DNA of 64,000 nt, taken from Macrostomum lignano (taxonomy: Eukaryota). The stretch spans positions 1-64,000 of the forward strand of contig NIVC01000334.1 of the NCBI GenBank assembly GCA_002269645.1, in the 5' to 3' direction. Below the pieces are notes generated by a model. It made no database searches, was not told the DNA's origin, and saw only the letters and a program-made list of their open reading frames with translations. Position 1 is the stretch's first letter. Each line of letters begins with the position of its first letter. A program made the position numbers and the translations under genes. Below are positions 25,047-38,700 of this stretch, piece after piece.

Positions 25047-26755
25047 GCTGAGCAGCAGCAGTCGGCAGAGGCCGCCGATCGGCCTCGCCTGCTAATTGGC
25101 GTAGAGGGCGGCGCCAGCGTGACGAAGCTGTGCCTGGCCGAGGCCGGCTCTGGCCGCCTGCTCAGCCGAGCCGGTGCCGGTGGCACCAACCATTGGCTTG
25201 ACGGTTTCTCTGTCTGCGCCGACCGGCTAGCCGTCGGCATCGACGCCCTGCTGGCCGACGCCGGCGTCAAAATCGGCGACGTAGCCGGAGTCGGCATGGC
25301 GCTCAGCGGCATCAGCAACGCGGACAATGCCAGCGAGATGGAGCGGACTTTGCGACAGCGCCTGCCGGATCTGCCAGCCGATTGTCAGCTGGCTGTCGTT
25401 AACGATTGCGTCGGCGCTGTTGCCGCCGCTAGCGACTCCGGCGGGGTTGTGGTCATAGCCGGCACCGGGTCGAATTGCTGTCTGAGCAGTCGGGACGGCT
25501 CGGCTACTCTGCACTGCGGCGGCTGGAGCTACATGCTAGGGGACGAGGGCTCGGCTTATTGGATTGCCCAGCGGGCGATTAAAGCCGTGTGGGACCACCG
25601 AGACGGACTGCGCACCTGTCCGGAGCCGGTCGAGGCCGTCCGCGATGCCGCCTTTCAGCACTTCGGTATAACGGACTACGACGGCATTTTGTCGCATTTG
25701 TACACCAATTTTGAGAAGTCGCGAGTGGCCGCCCTGACTGCCAAGCTGGCCCGCCTCGCTGCTGACGGCGGCGATGCACTGGCTAGGTTAGATTGGGGTT
25801 GGGGCATGGACTTTTTAGCTAAGTGATGGTCGTTAGTAAAGTCACAATGTTAGTCCCATTCATCAATGTGAAATCTCATTCATCAATGTGAAATCCCATT
25901 CATCAATGTGAAATCCCATTCATCAATCTGAAATCCCATTCATCAATGTGAAATCCCATTTATCAATGTGAAATACCATTTATCAATGTGAAATCCCATT
26001 CATAAATCTGAAATCCCATTCATCAATCTGAAATCCCATTCATCAATCTGAAATCCCATTCATCAATCTGAAATCCCATTCATCAATCTGAAATCCCATT
26101 CATCAATCTGAAATCCCATTCATCAATCTGAAATCCCATTCATCAATCTGAAATCCCATTTATCAATCTGAAATCCCATGCATCAATCTGAAATCCCATG
26201 CATCAATTTGGAATCCCATTGCTCAATCTGAAATCCCATTGCTCAATCTGAAATCCCATGCATCAATTTGGAATCCCATTGCTCAATCTGAAATCCCATG
26301 CATCAATCTGAAATTTCATTCATCAATCTGAAATCCCATTAGGCTGTTTAGAAAATCCCATTTATCCCATTCGCATTTCTAGACGCGTTTTCGCCGACGC
26401 CGGCGCCGAATTAGCTGGTCACGTGATCGCGGTTGTCAGGCGGGCAGCCGCGGCTGACAGCGGAGAAGTCGGCAGCCTGCAGCGCCTGCTGGACGGGTCG
26501 GGCCGCCTGACGGTGGTGTGCGCCGGCTCCGTGTGGCTGAGCTACCCGCTGCTCCGGCCGGGCTTCGTCGACGCCCTTCGACAGCGCGGCTGCCCGGTGC
26601 CCCTCCGGCTGGTTCGCTTCAGAGACAACGGCGGCGCCGACAGCGGTGGCGCGGCGCTGGGGGCTGCCTGGCTGGCCGGACTGCGGATCGGCGTCAAGCT
26701 ACCCGTCGATCGGGCCGGCCTGCTGCTGGAGATGGACAGCCTGACCGCCGACTGA
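25047..26755 (+). CDS. NAGK: N-acetyl-D-glucosamine kinase (ASKHA/BadF family); start codon not located
   Basis: Exons 25047-25786 and 26383-26755 (AG|gttaga ... tttctag|A, phase 2). Motifs IGVEGGASVT, GMALSG, VVNDCVG, GVVVIAGTGSNC, CGGWSYMLGDEGSAYWIA, VVCAGSVWLSY. Acceptor ttttgcag|GCT at 25046. Confidence 0.93.
25852..26345. repeat. 20-bp minisatellite (CTGAAATCCCATTCATCAAT)n filling the NAGK intron
   Basis: About 24 units. Confidence 0.95.
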
Positions 26756-26896
26756 TGATTGATGCCGCCTGGGTTGAAATATGAGATTGTTAAGGATTTG
26801 TAATCGGAGATTTTTGGATTTTAAAAAGAATCAAAATTGCTGGTTTTTATCCGACTTTTGGAGGATCAGAAATCCTTTCGCAGAAACGGGGGAGTT

Positions 26897-27085
26897 TGAT
26901 ATCTCCGACACTTGATATCTCCGACACTTGATATCTCCCACACTTGATATCTCCGACACTTGATATCTCCCACACTTGATATCTCCCACACTTGATATCT
27001 CCGACACTTGATATCTCCGACACTTGATATCTCCGACACTTGATATCTCCGACACTTGATATCTCCCACACTTGATATCTCTGAC
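26897..27085. repeat. 16-bp minisatellite (CTTGATATCTCCGACA)n
   Basis: About 12 units. Confidence 0.93.
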
Positions 27086-27634
27086 ATACTTCATTTTTAG
27101 CAGCCTCTTTCTCTATTCCAAAATTTATGTCCATCATATCTCCGTTAGAATTATAAGTTAACCTTGTCGGTGATATGAAATTTCGAAGATATAAGAGCAC
27201 CCCTCGCAGAAGAGATCAAGATCTGAGATCAAAGTGTACTTTTAAATATTCGCTTATCAGTTTCGAAGCTTCCAAAGCCATGCTAATGAAGTTTTTGACA
27301 CCATTCAAAACGCTAACATTCCAAACATAAGTGTTAAAACAACAGAGTATTAAAATACAGGTTTATGAAATTTCCTTTGTTAATTTAAACTCATTAAAAT
27401 GCAATAAGCAGGCCGGCGCGCTATTTATGAAATCTCAGATTTTTCTATTTCAGCTATCGTTATCCATTTGCCACTAGCAATTATCTCTGCATGCCTAAAT
27501 TGATTTTCAAAATTGTATTCGGATTTATACTAATTATGCTTTTTTCAAAATAGAGTGCTTGCTCTCATTATTCTCAACGCTGTGTCTTGATTATTTTGTT
27601 ATAAAATGTTTCACTAATTGACAATGGGATAAAC

Positions 27635-28310
27635 GTATAAACACCCCTGAGAATCGTTATAAACATCCTTGAAAATCGTTATAAACACCGTTGAGAATCG
27701 TTATAAACACCCTTGAGAATCGTTATAAAACCCTTGAGAATCGCTATAAACACCGTTGAGAATCGCTATAAACACCCTTGAGAATCGCTATAAACACCCT
27801 TGAGAATCGCTATAAACACCCTTGAGAATCGCTATAAACACCCTTGAGAATCGCTATAAACACCCTTGAGAATCGCTATAAACACCCTTGAGAATCGCTA
27901 TAAACACCCTTGAAAGTCGTTATAAACACCCTTAAGAATCGTTATAAACACCCTTGAGAATCGGTATATTTAAAAATTCTTAAGAATTGCTATAAACATC
28001 ACAGAGAACCGCTATAAACATCCTTAGAACTGCTATAAACACTCTTGATAACCACTATAAATATCACGGAGAACCGCTACGAACACCCTTAAGAATTGCT
28101 ATAAACACCCTTGAGAATCGGTATATTTAAACATTCTTGAAAATTGCTATAAACACCCTTTAAAACCGCTATAATCGCCCTTGAGAACCGCTATAAACAC
28201 CCTTGAGTAGCGCTATAAACGCATTTAAGAACCGCTATAGATGTCTTTGAGAATCGGTATATTTAAACATCCTTAGGAACCGCTATAAACACCCTTAAGA
28301 ACCGCTATAA
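27635..28310. repeat. 22-bp minisatellite (CTATAAACACCCTTGAGAATCG)n
   Basis: Homogeneous core with diverged edges; ends ~30 bp before the SMAD ATG. Confidence 0.92.
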
Positions 28311-28338
28311 TAAGCAGTTGCTAGGCAAATTAGATTTA

Positions 28339-31487
<3,149 letters not shown>

Positions 31488-31504
31488 GTAGCCTGTGCTG
31501 CGGG

Positions 31505-31509
31505 TTTGC

Positions 31510-31540
<31 letters not shown>

Positions 31541-31574
31541 CCTGTCTGCCTGTCTGCCTGTCTGCCTGTCTGCC

Positions 31575-31617
<43 letters not shown>

Positions 31618-31634
31618 ATGTTTATCTGGCTAGC

Positions 31635-31681
<47 letters not shown>

Positions 31682-31698
31682 ATGTTTATCTGGCTAGC

Positions 31699-31760
<62 letters not shown>

Positions 31761-31768
31761 ACTGTTTA

Positions 31769-31809
<41 letters not shown>

Positions 31810-31870
31810 TTAACTGTTTATCTGTCTGTCTAACTGTCTGTCTGTTTATCTGTCTCTTTCTGACTGTCTG
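31505..31870. repeat. (TCTG)n microsatellite just after the SMAD stop
   Basis: Seen directly. Confidence 0.95.
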
Positions 31871-32284
31871 CCGTCTCTGTCCCATAAGAGAGCAATTTAA
31901 AGGAGTATAAAAGGAGCAAAGAAAATGTGATGAATCATAGATGCGAATAATTAAAGTCGGGCATATATTCTTCAATATTTCTGCTGTTTTGGATTGTTTA
32001 TTTGTTCCATTCAAGCGGTGACTATAGACCAAGGCGTTCTATTTATTCTGCGTGACCCATCTTGCTAGATGCTGTAGATTCTCGTGTAGTTTGAGGCAAC
32101 CGATCTCATAGAGTTTTGAAATAACTTCGTTCTTATTACATTGCTTATTATTATTTAACTTTCAATATTTTTTCCGAACTGCTAAGTACTGCCCAGTCGC
32201 TAAATAATGACATTATTGTTCGAACAGTTCCAAGTACGAGTAAAATGAACGATCCTACTTGGCAACCAAACGGCCTAAGAATGG

Positions 32285-32905
32285 CCATTAGTTCCGTTGC
32301 TAGGCAACCAAATCGACCTATACGTTTTATCGTGCCCGTTGCTAGGCAACCAGATCGACCCAGATGTTTCATCGAACCCCGTCGCTAGGAAACCAGATCG
32401 ACCCAGATGTTTCATCAAACTTGTTGCTAGGCAAACAGATCGACCCAGATGTTTCATCGAACCCCGTCGCTAGGAAACCAGATCGACCCAGATGTTTCAT
32501 CGAACCCCGTCGCTAGGAAACCAGATCGACCCAGATGTTTCATCGAACCCCGTCGCTAGGAAACCAGATCGACCCAGATGTTTCATCGAACCCCGTCGCT
32601 AGGAAACCAGATCGACCCAGATTTTTAATCGAACCCCGTCGCTAGGAAACCAGATCGACCAGATGTTTCATCGAACCCCGTCGCTAGGATACCAGATCGA
32701 CCAGATGTTTCATCGAACCCCGTCGCTAGGAAACCAGATCGACCAGATGTTTCATCGAACCCCGTCGCTAGGAAACCAGATCGACCAGATGTTTCATCGA
32801 ACCCCGTCGCTAGGATACCAGATCGATCCAGATGTTTCATGAAGCTTGTTGCTAGGCAACCAAATCGACCCAGATGTTTCATCGAAACCCGTTGCTAGGC
32901 AACAG
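32285..32905. repeat. 42-43 bp minisatellite (GCTAGGAAACCAGATCGACCCAGATGTTTCATCGAACCCCGTC)n
   Basis: About 14 units; edge units contain GTTGCTAGGCAAC. Confidence 0.93.
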
Positions 32906-33549
32906 CATCGATATAAAAGTTGCAATCCATCAATCCTGATACAATTTTTTGTGTCCGTCATATTTTACCTTTTGTTGAATGTGCGAATGCTTAGTAAGCA
33001 TATATATATTTTAGATATTCGAAACAGAAGATAAATTTCTTTTAAAATATTTTTTCAAGCAGATTTTGTTCTGTTGCTACCCGGTTGGCCCCCTGCCACG
33101 AAGCATTGCTCCCAGAGCGAAGTATTTTCTTATTTTGAAACAAAAATTAACTAACGTGTACACAATAGACCTAATAAGAATAACATTGTTGGTATAGAGA
33201 AATTTATCTTCAAGCTTTTCATCATAGCAATAGAAATATTTTGACTGGCTGCTTCCCGCACTTTGGCTTGCTTTCTGCTGATTGAGAGCTGCACGGTATT
33301 AACCATTTGTTCATTATTGAAATTGTTATATTTAATTACTGAAAATCAATATCTCTAACATTGTACTTTTGATAGAAACTTGTGCGTATGATTCGAAATA
33401 TAGAAACTGTTAATTTTTTATCGCTTTACTAAGATTTGCTTCTTGCTTCTGTGTTGTTTGACATCTTATGTAACACCACGCTGGCCCAATCCTCTGATAT
33501 ACATCTGCAGCTATAGATATTTCCCTGATCTGATCTGTATTATCCTTCA

Positions 33550-34625
33550 CCCCCAATCCTTCAGCTGCCTCCCCCAATCCTTCAGCTGCCCTCCCCCCAA
33601 TCCTTCAGCTGCCCTCCCCCAATCCTTCAGCTGCCCTCCCCCAATCCTTCAGCTGCCCCCCAATCCTTCAGCTGCCCCCAATCCTTCAGCTGCCCCCCAA
33701 TCCTTCAGCTGCCCCCCAATCCTTCAGCTGCCCCCAATCCTTCAGCTGCCCCCAATCCTTCAGCTGCCTCCCAATCCTTCAGCTGCCCCCAATCCTTCAG
33801 CTGCCCCCAATCCTTCAGCTGCCCCCAATCCTTCAGCTGCCCCCCAATCCTTCAGCTGCCCCCCAATCCTTCAGCTGCCCCCAATCCTTCAGCTGCCCCC
33901 AATCCTTCAGCTGCCCCCCAATCCTTCAGCTGCCCCCCAATCCTTCAGCTGCCCCCCAATCCTTCAGCTGCCCCCCAATCCTTCAGCTGCCCCCCAATCC
34001 TTCAGCTGCCCCCCAATCCTTCAGCTGCCCCCCAATCCTTCAGCTGCCCCCAATCCTTCAGCTGCCTCCCAATCCTTCAGCGCCCCCAATCCTTCAGCTG
34101 CCCCCCAATCCTTCAGCTGCCCCCCAATCCTTCAGCTGCCTCCCAATCCTTCAGCGCCCCCCCCAATCCTTCAGCTGCCCCCAATCCTTCAGCTGCCCCC
34201 AATCCTTCAGCTGCCCCCCAATCCTTCAGCTGCCTCCCAATCCTTCAGCGCCCCCCCCCCAATCCTTCAGCTGCCCCCAATCCTTCAGCTGCCTCCCAAT
34301 CCTTCAGCTGCCCCCCACTCCTTCAGCTGCCCCCAATCCTTCAGCTGCCCCCCACTCCTTCAGCTGCCCCCAATCCTTCAGCTGCCCCCCAATCCTTCAG
34401 CTGCCCCCCAATCCTTCAGCTGCCCCCAATCCTTCAGCTGCCTCCCAATCCTTCAGCGCCCCCCAATCCTTCAGCTGCCCCCAATCCTTCAGCTGCCCCC
34501 CAATCCTTCAGCTGCCCCCCAATCCTTCAGCTGCCTCCCAATCCTTCAGCGCCCCCCCAATCCTTCAGCTGCCCCCAATCCTTCAGCTGCCCCCAATCCT
34601 TCAGCTGCCCCACAATCCTTCAGCC
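33550..34625. repeat. 18-19 bp C-rich minisatellite (CCCCAATCCTTCAGCTGC)n
   Basis: Seen directly; source of the spurious 407-aa ORF. Confidence 0.96.
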
Positions 34626-35094
34626 GTCCGATCCCCAATCCTCCAAGAGGCCTCCATGCTTTCTAAGAAACGAGACTTGAAAGCCTCCGATTATACAGTG
34701 TGGTAAATTTTGTAGGGTCCAACTCGCAATTGAAGATATAATTTTGCAATTTTTCTGTGTTTTTGGTTTGGCAAAACGACCTTTTAAATTGGTTTCGTTT
34801 ATTACTTTTTGTATAGCGTTAACTTGCTTTTAGAAGGATCTGTTCTGCATCTGTTTTGCTTGGAAATCTGCTTCTCTTTCTTGCGCAAGCAGACTTTAGA
34901 AAGTTTTGGTATTTATTATCTTGCTTTCCTTTTGTTGCCGGCTTTGCTCCAGAACGCCACCCCATTTTTCATCTTGCTCGACTCTGTTTTGGCTTTCTAT
35001 TTGATTCGCTGTAGGAAATGTGACCATTAACATAAAATTATTATTGTAACTGCATGGTTCCGCCATTGTTGCTTTTCTTCTTTGTAACAATAGA

Positions 35095-35585
35095 TCATGG
35101 GGATGGGTATTTAGCATCGGGGATCATATGGGATGGGGATTTAGCATCGGGGATCATAGAGATAGGGATTTAGCATCGGAGATCATATGGGATGGGGATT
35201 TAGCATCGGGGATCATATGGCTGATGGGGATTTAGCATCGGGGATCATGGGGATGGGGATTTAGCATCGGGGATCATGGGGATGGGGATTTAGCATCGGG
35301 GATCATGGGGATGGGGATTTAGCATCGGGGATCATGGGGATGGGGATTTAGCATCAAGGATCATATGGGATAGGGATTTAGCATCGGGGATCATATGGGA
35401 TGGGGATTTAGCATCAAGGATCATATGGGATAGGGATTTAGCATCGGGGATCATGGGGATGGGGATTTAGCATCAAGGATCATATGGGATAGGGATTTAG
35501 CATCGGGGATCATGGGGATGGGGATTTAGCATCAAGGATCATATGGGATAGGGATTTAGCATCGGGGATCATATGGGATGGGGAT
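35095..35585. repeat. 29-30 bp minisatellite (GGGGATTTAGCATCGGGGATCATGGGGAT)n
   Basis: About 16 units upstream of the DNMBP ATG. Confidence 0.93.
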
Positions 35586-35770
35586 TTGGCGTGTCAGAAT
35601 CGTATGGGATGAAATATATATTAGACTAAGATAGCCTAACCCATTAGCCGCATAAGGCAAATGATGGAAGCACAAAAGCACTCTCACAACCCCCCTCCCA
35701 TAACCGCCGGGCACCCCGCAGCGCAAGCGGCACCAGCCAACTGAGGCACGCCCTCCCAGCCGCCCCAACG

Positions 35771-38700
35771 ATGCCGCGTCTCTACGTGGCCTCGCACGCG
35801 TTCGCGCCGGACAGGCCGGACGAGGATCTCGAGCTGCGACCCGGCGACTGCGTGGCGCTTCTTGACCGCCTGCCCGGATGCGATTGGGGCCGCGGAGTGT
35901 CGCTTGCCACCGAGGCTGAGGGCATTTTCCCCATGAATTTTGCTGCCGAACTGCCGGGTGGCCAGCTTAACATTGGTATGAGCTTTTTTCTGCTTCTGTT
36001 TTCCTTTGTCGTGTAGGCTGTCAGGTGGGGACGGTGTCAGAGGTGTAGGCTGTCAAGTGAGGACAGTGTCAGTTATAGGCTGTCAGGTGGGGGACAGTGT
36101 CAGTTATAGGCTGTCAGGTGGGGACAGTGTCAGTTATTAGCTGTCAGGTGGGGACAGTGTCAGGTATAGGCTGTCAGGTGGGGAACAGTGTCAGAGGTGT
36201 AGGCTGTCAAGTGAGGACAGTGTCAGGTGTAGGCTGTCAGGTGGGGGACAGTGTCAGGTGTAGGCTGTCGGGTTGGGGACAGTGTCAGTTATAGGCTGTC
36301 AGGTGGGGGACAGTGTCAGGTGTAGGCTGTCAGGTTGGGGACAGTGTCAGGTGTAGGCTGTCGGGTTGGGGACAGTGTCAGTTATAGGCTGTCAGGTGGG
36401 GGACAGTGTCAGGTGTAGGCTGTTAGGTGGGGGACAGTGTCAGGTAAAGGCTGTCAGGTGGGGGATAGTGTCAGGTGTAGGCTGTCAGGTTGGGGACAGT
36501 GTCAGGTGTAGGCTGTCGGGTTGGGGACAGTGTCAGGTATAGGCTGTCAGGTGGGGGACAGTGTCAGGTAAAGGCTGTCAGGTGGGGGATAGTGTCAGGT
36601 GTAGGCTGTCAGGTTGGGGACAGTGTCAGGTGTAGGCTGTCGGGTTGGGGACAGTGTCAGGTATAGGCTGTCAGGTTGGGGACAGTGTCAGGTAAAGGCT
36701 GTCAGGTGGGGGATAGTGTCAGGTGTAGGCTGTCAGGTTGGGGACAGTGTCAGGTGTAGGCTGTCGGGTTGGGGACAGTGTCAGGTATAGGCTGTCAGGT
36801 TGGGGACAGTGTCAGGTAAAGGCTGTCAGGTGGGGGATAGTGTCAGGTGTAGGCGGTCGGGTTGGGGACAGTGTCAGGTGTAGGCTGTCGGGTTGGGGAC
36901 AGTGTCAGGTATAGGCTGTCAGGTGGGGGACAGTGTCAGGTAAAGGCTGTCAGGTGGGGGATAGTGTCAGGTGTAGGCTGTCAGGTTGGGGACAGTGTCA
37001 GGTGTAGGCTGTCGGGTTGGGGACAGTGTCAGGTATAGGCTGTCAGGTTGCGGACAGTGTCAAGTGTTGGCTGTCAGGTTGGTGACAGTCTCAGGTGTAG
37101 GCTGTCGGGTTAGGGACAGTGTCAGAGGTGTAGGCTGTCAGGTTGGGAACAGTGTCAGGTGTTGGCTGTCGGGTTGGGGACAGCTTGTCAGGTGTTGGCT
37201 GTCAGGTTGGGGACAGCTTGTCAGGTGTTGGCTGTCAGGTTGGGGACAGTTTCAAGTGTTGGCAGTCAGTTTGGGGACAGTGTCAGGTGTAGGCTGTCGG
37301 GTTGGGGACAGTGTCAGGTGTAGGCTGTCGGGTTGGGGACAGTGTCAGGTGTTGGCTGTCAGGTTGGGGACAGTGTCAGGTATAGGCTGTCGGGTTGGGG
37401 ACAGCTTGTCAGGTGTTGGCTGTCAGGTTGGGGACAGTGTCAGGTGTAGGCTGTCAGGTTGGGGACAGTGTCAGGTGTAGACTGTCGGGTTGGGGACAGT
37501 TTCAAGTTTTGGCAGTCAGGTTGGGGACAGTGTCAGGTGTAGGCTGTCGGGTTGGGGACAGTGTCAGGTGTAGGCTGTCGGGTTGGGGACAGTGTCAGGT
37601 GTTGGCTGTCGGGTTGGGGACAGTGTCAGGTATAGGCTGTCAGGTTGGGGACAGTGTCAGGTGTTGGCTGTCGGGTTGGGGACAGCTTGTCAGGTGTAGG
37701 CTGTCAGGTTAGGGACAGTGTCAGGTGTTGGCTGTCGGGTTGGGGACAGTGTCAGGTGTTGGCTGTCGGGTTGGGGACAGTGTCAGGTGTTGGCTGTCGG
37801 GTTGGGGACAGCTTGTCAGGTGTAGGCTGTCAGGTTGGGGACAGTGTCAGGTGTAGGCTGTCGGGTTGGGGACAGTGTCAGAGGTGTAGGCTGTCGGGTT
37901 GGGGACAGTGTCAGGTGTAGGCTGTCGGGTTGGGGACAGTGTCAGGTGTAGGCTGTCGGGTTGGGGACAGTGTCAGGGTAGGCTGTCGGGTTGGGGACAG
38001 TGTCAGGTGTAGGCTGTCGGGTTGGGGACAGTGTCAGGTGTAGGCTGTCAGGTTGAGGACAGTGTCAGGGGTAGGCTGTCGGGTTGGGGACAGTGTCAGG
38101 TGTAGGCTGTCGGGTTGGGGACAGTGTCAGGGGTAGGCTGTCGGGTTGGGGACAGTGTCAGGGGTAGGCTGTCGGGTTGGGGACAGTGTCAGGTGTAGGC
38201 TGTCGGGTTGGGGACAGTGTCAGGTGTAGGCTGTCGGGTTGGGGACAGTGTCAGGGGTGCAGTGCGCAGGCTGTCAGACTGTCAGATGTCAGCTACCTGT
38301 TGCATCTCCACCGTCAGGCTCGGGCCAGCGTCTGTACCGGTGCGGCTACAGCTTCCCTGCTGATGCAGCCGGAGACTTAGCAATGTCACCCGGTGACGTC
38401 ATTCTCGGCCTTGAGGCCATCGACTCCAACTGGTGGCTGGGCCGCCGCCTGTGCCCCGTGCAGCGGAATGGCCGCTCTGACCTTCCGACCGGAGCCTTCC
38501 CGCTGACCCACGTGAAAGACGTGACCCACCTGGTCAAGCCGGAGATGGATAGCGCTGATGAAGCATCCAGCAGTCTTCGTGTTGACCAGCCTCGCCAAGC
38601 CGTCGCCACCAAATCCGTGGCGGCTGCTCACATCGGCGGCGAGCTGAGCTTCAATCAGGGCGACAGGCTGATTGTCACTCGTCGAATCGATGAAGTCTTC

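Noticed and set aside
33443-34666. 407-aa Pro-rich ORF and similar long ORFs over arrays (52-831, 3256-4062, 17277-18269, 39097-40005, 55553-56584, 57670-61497)
   Set aside because: They are translations of stop-free tandem repeats, open in several frames and lying in introns or flanks.
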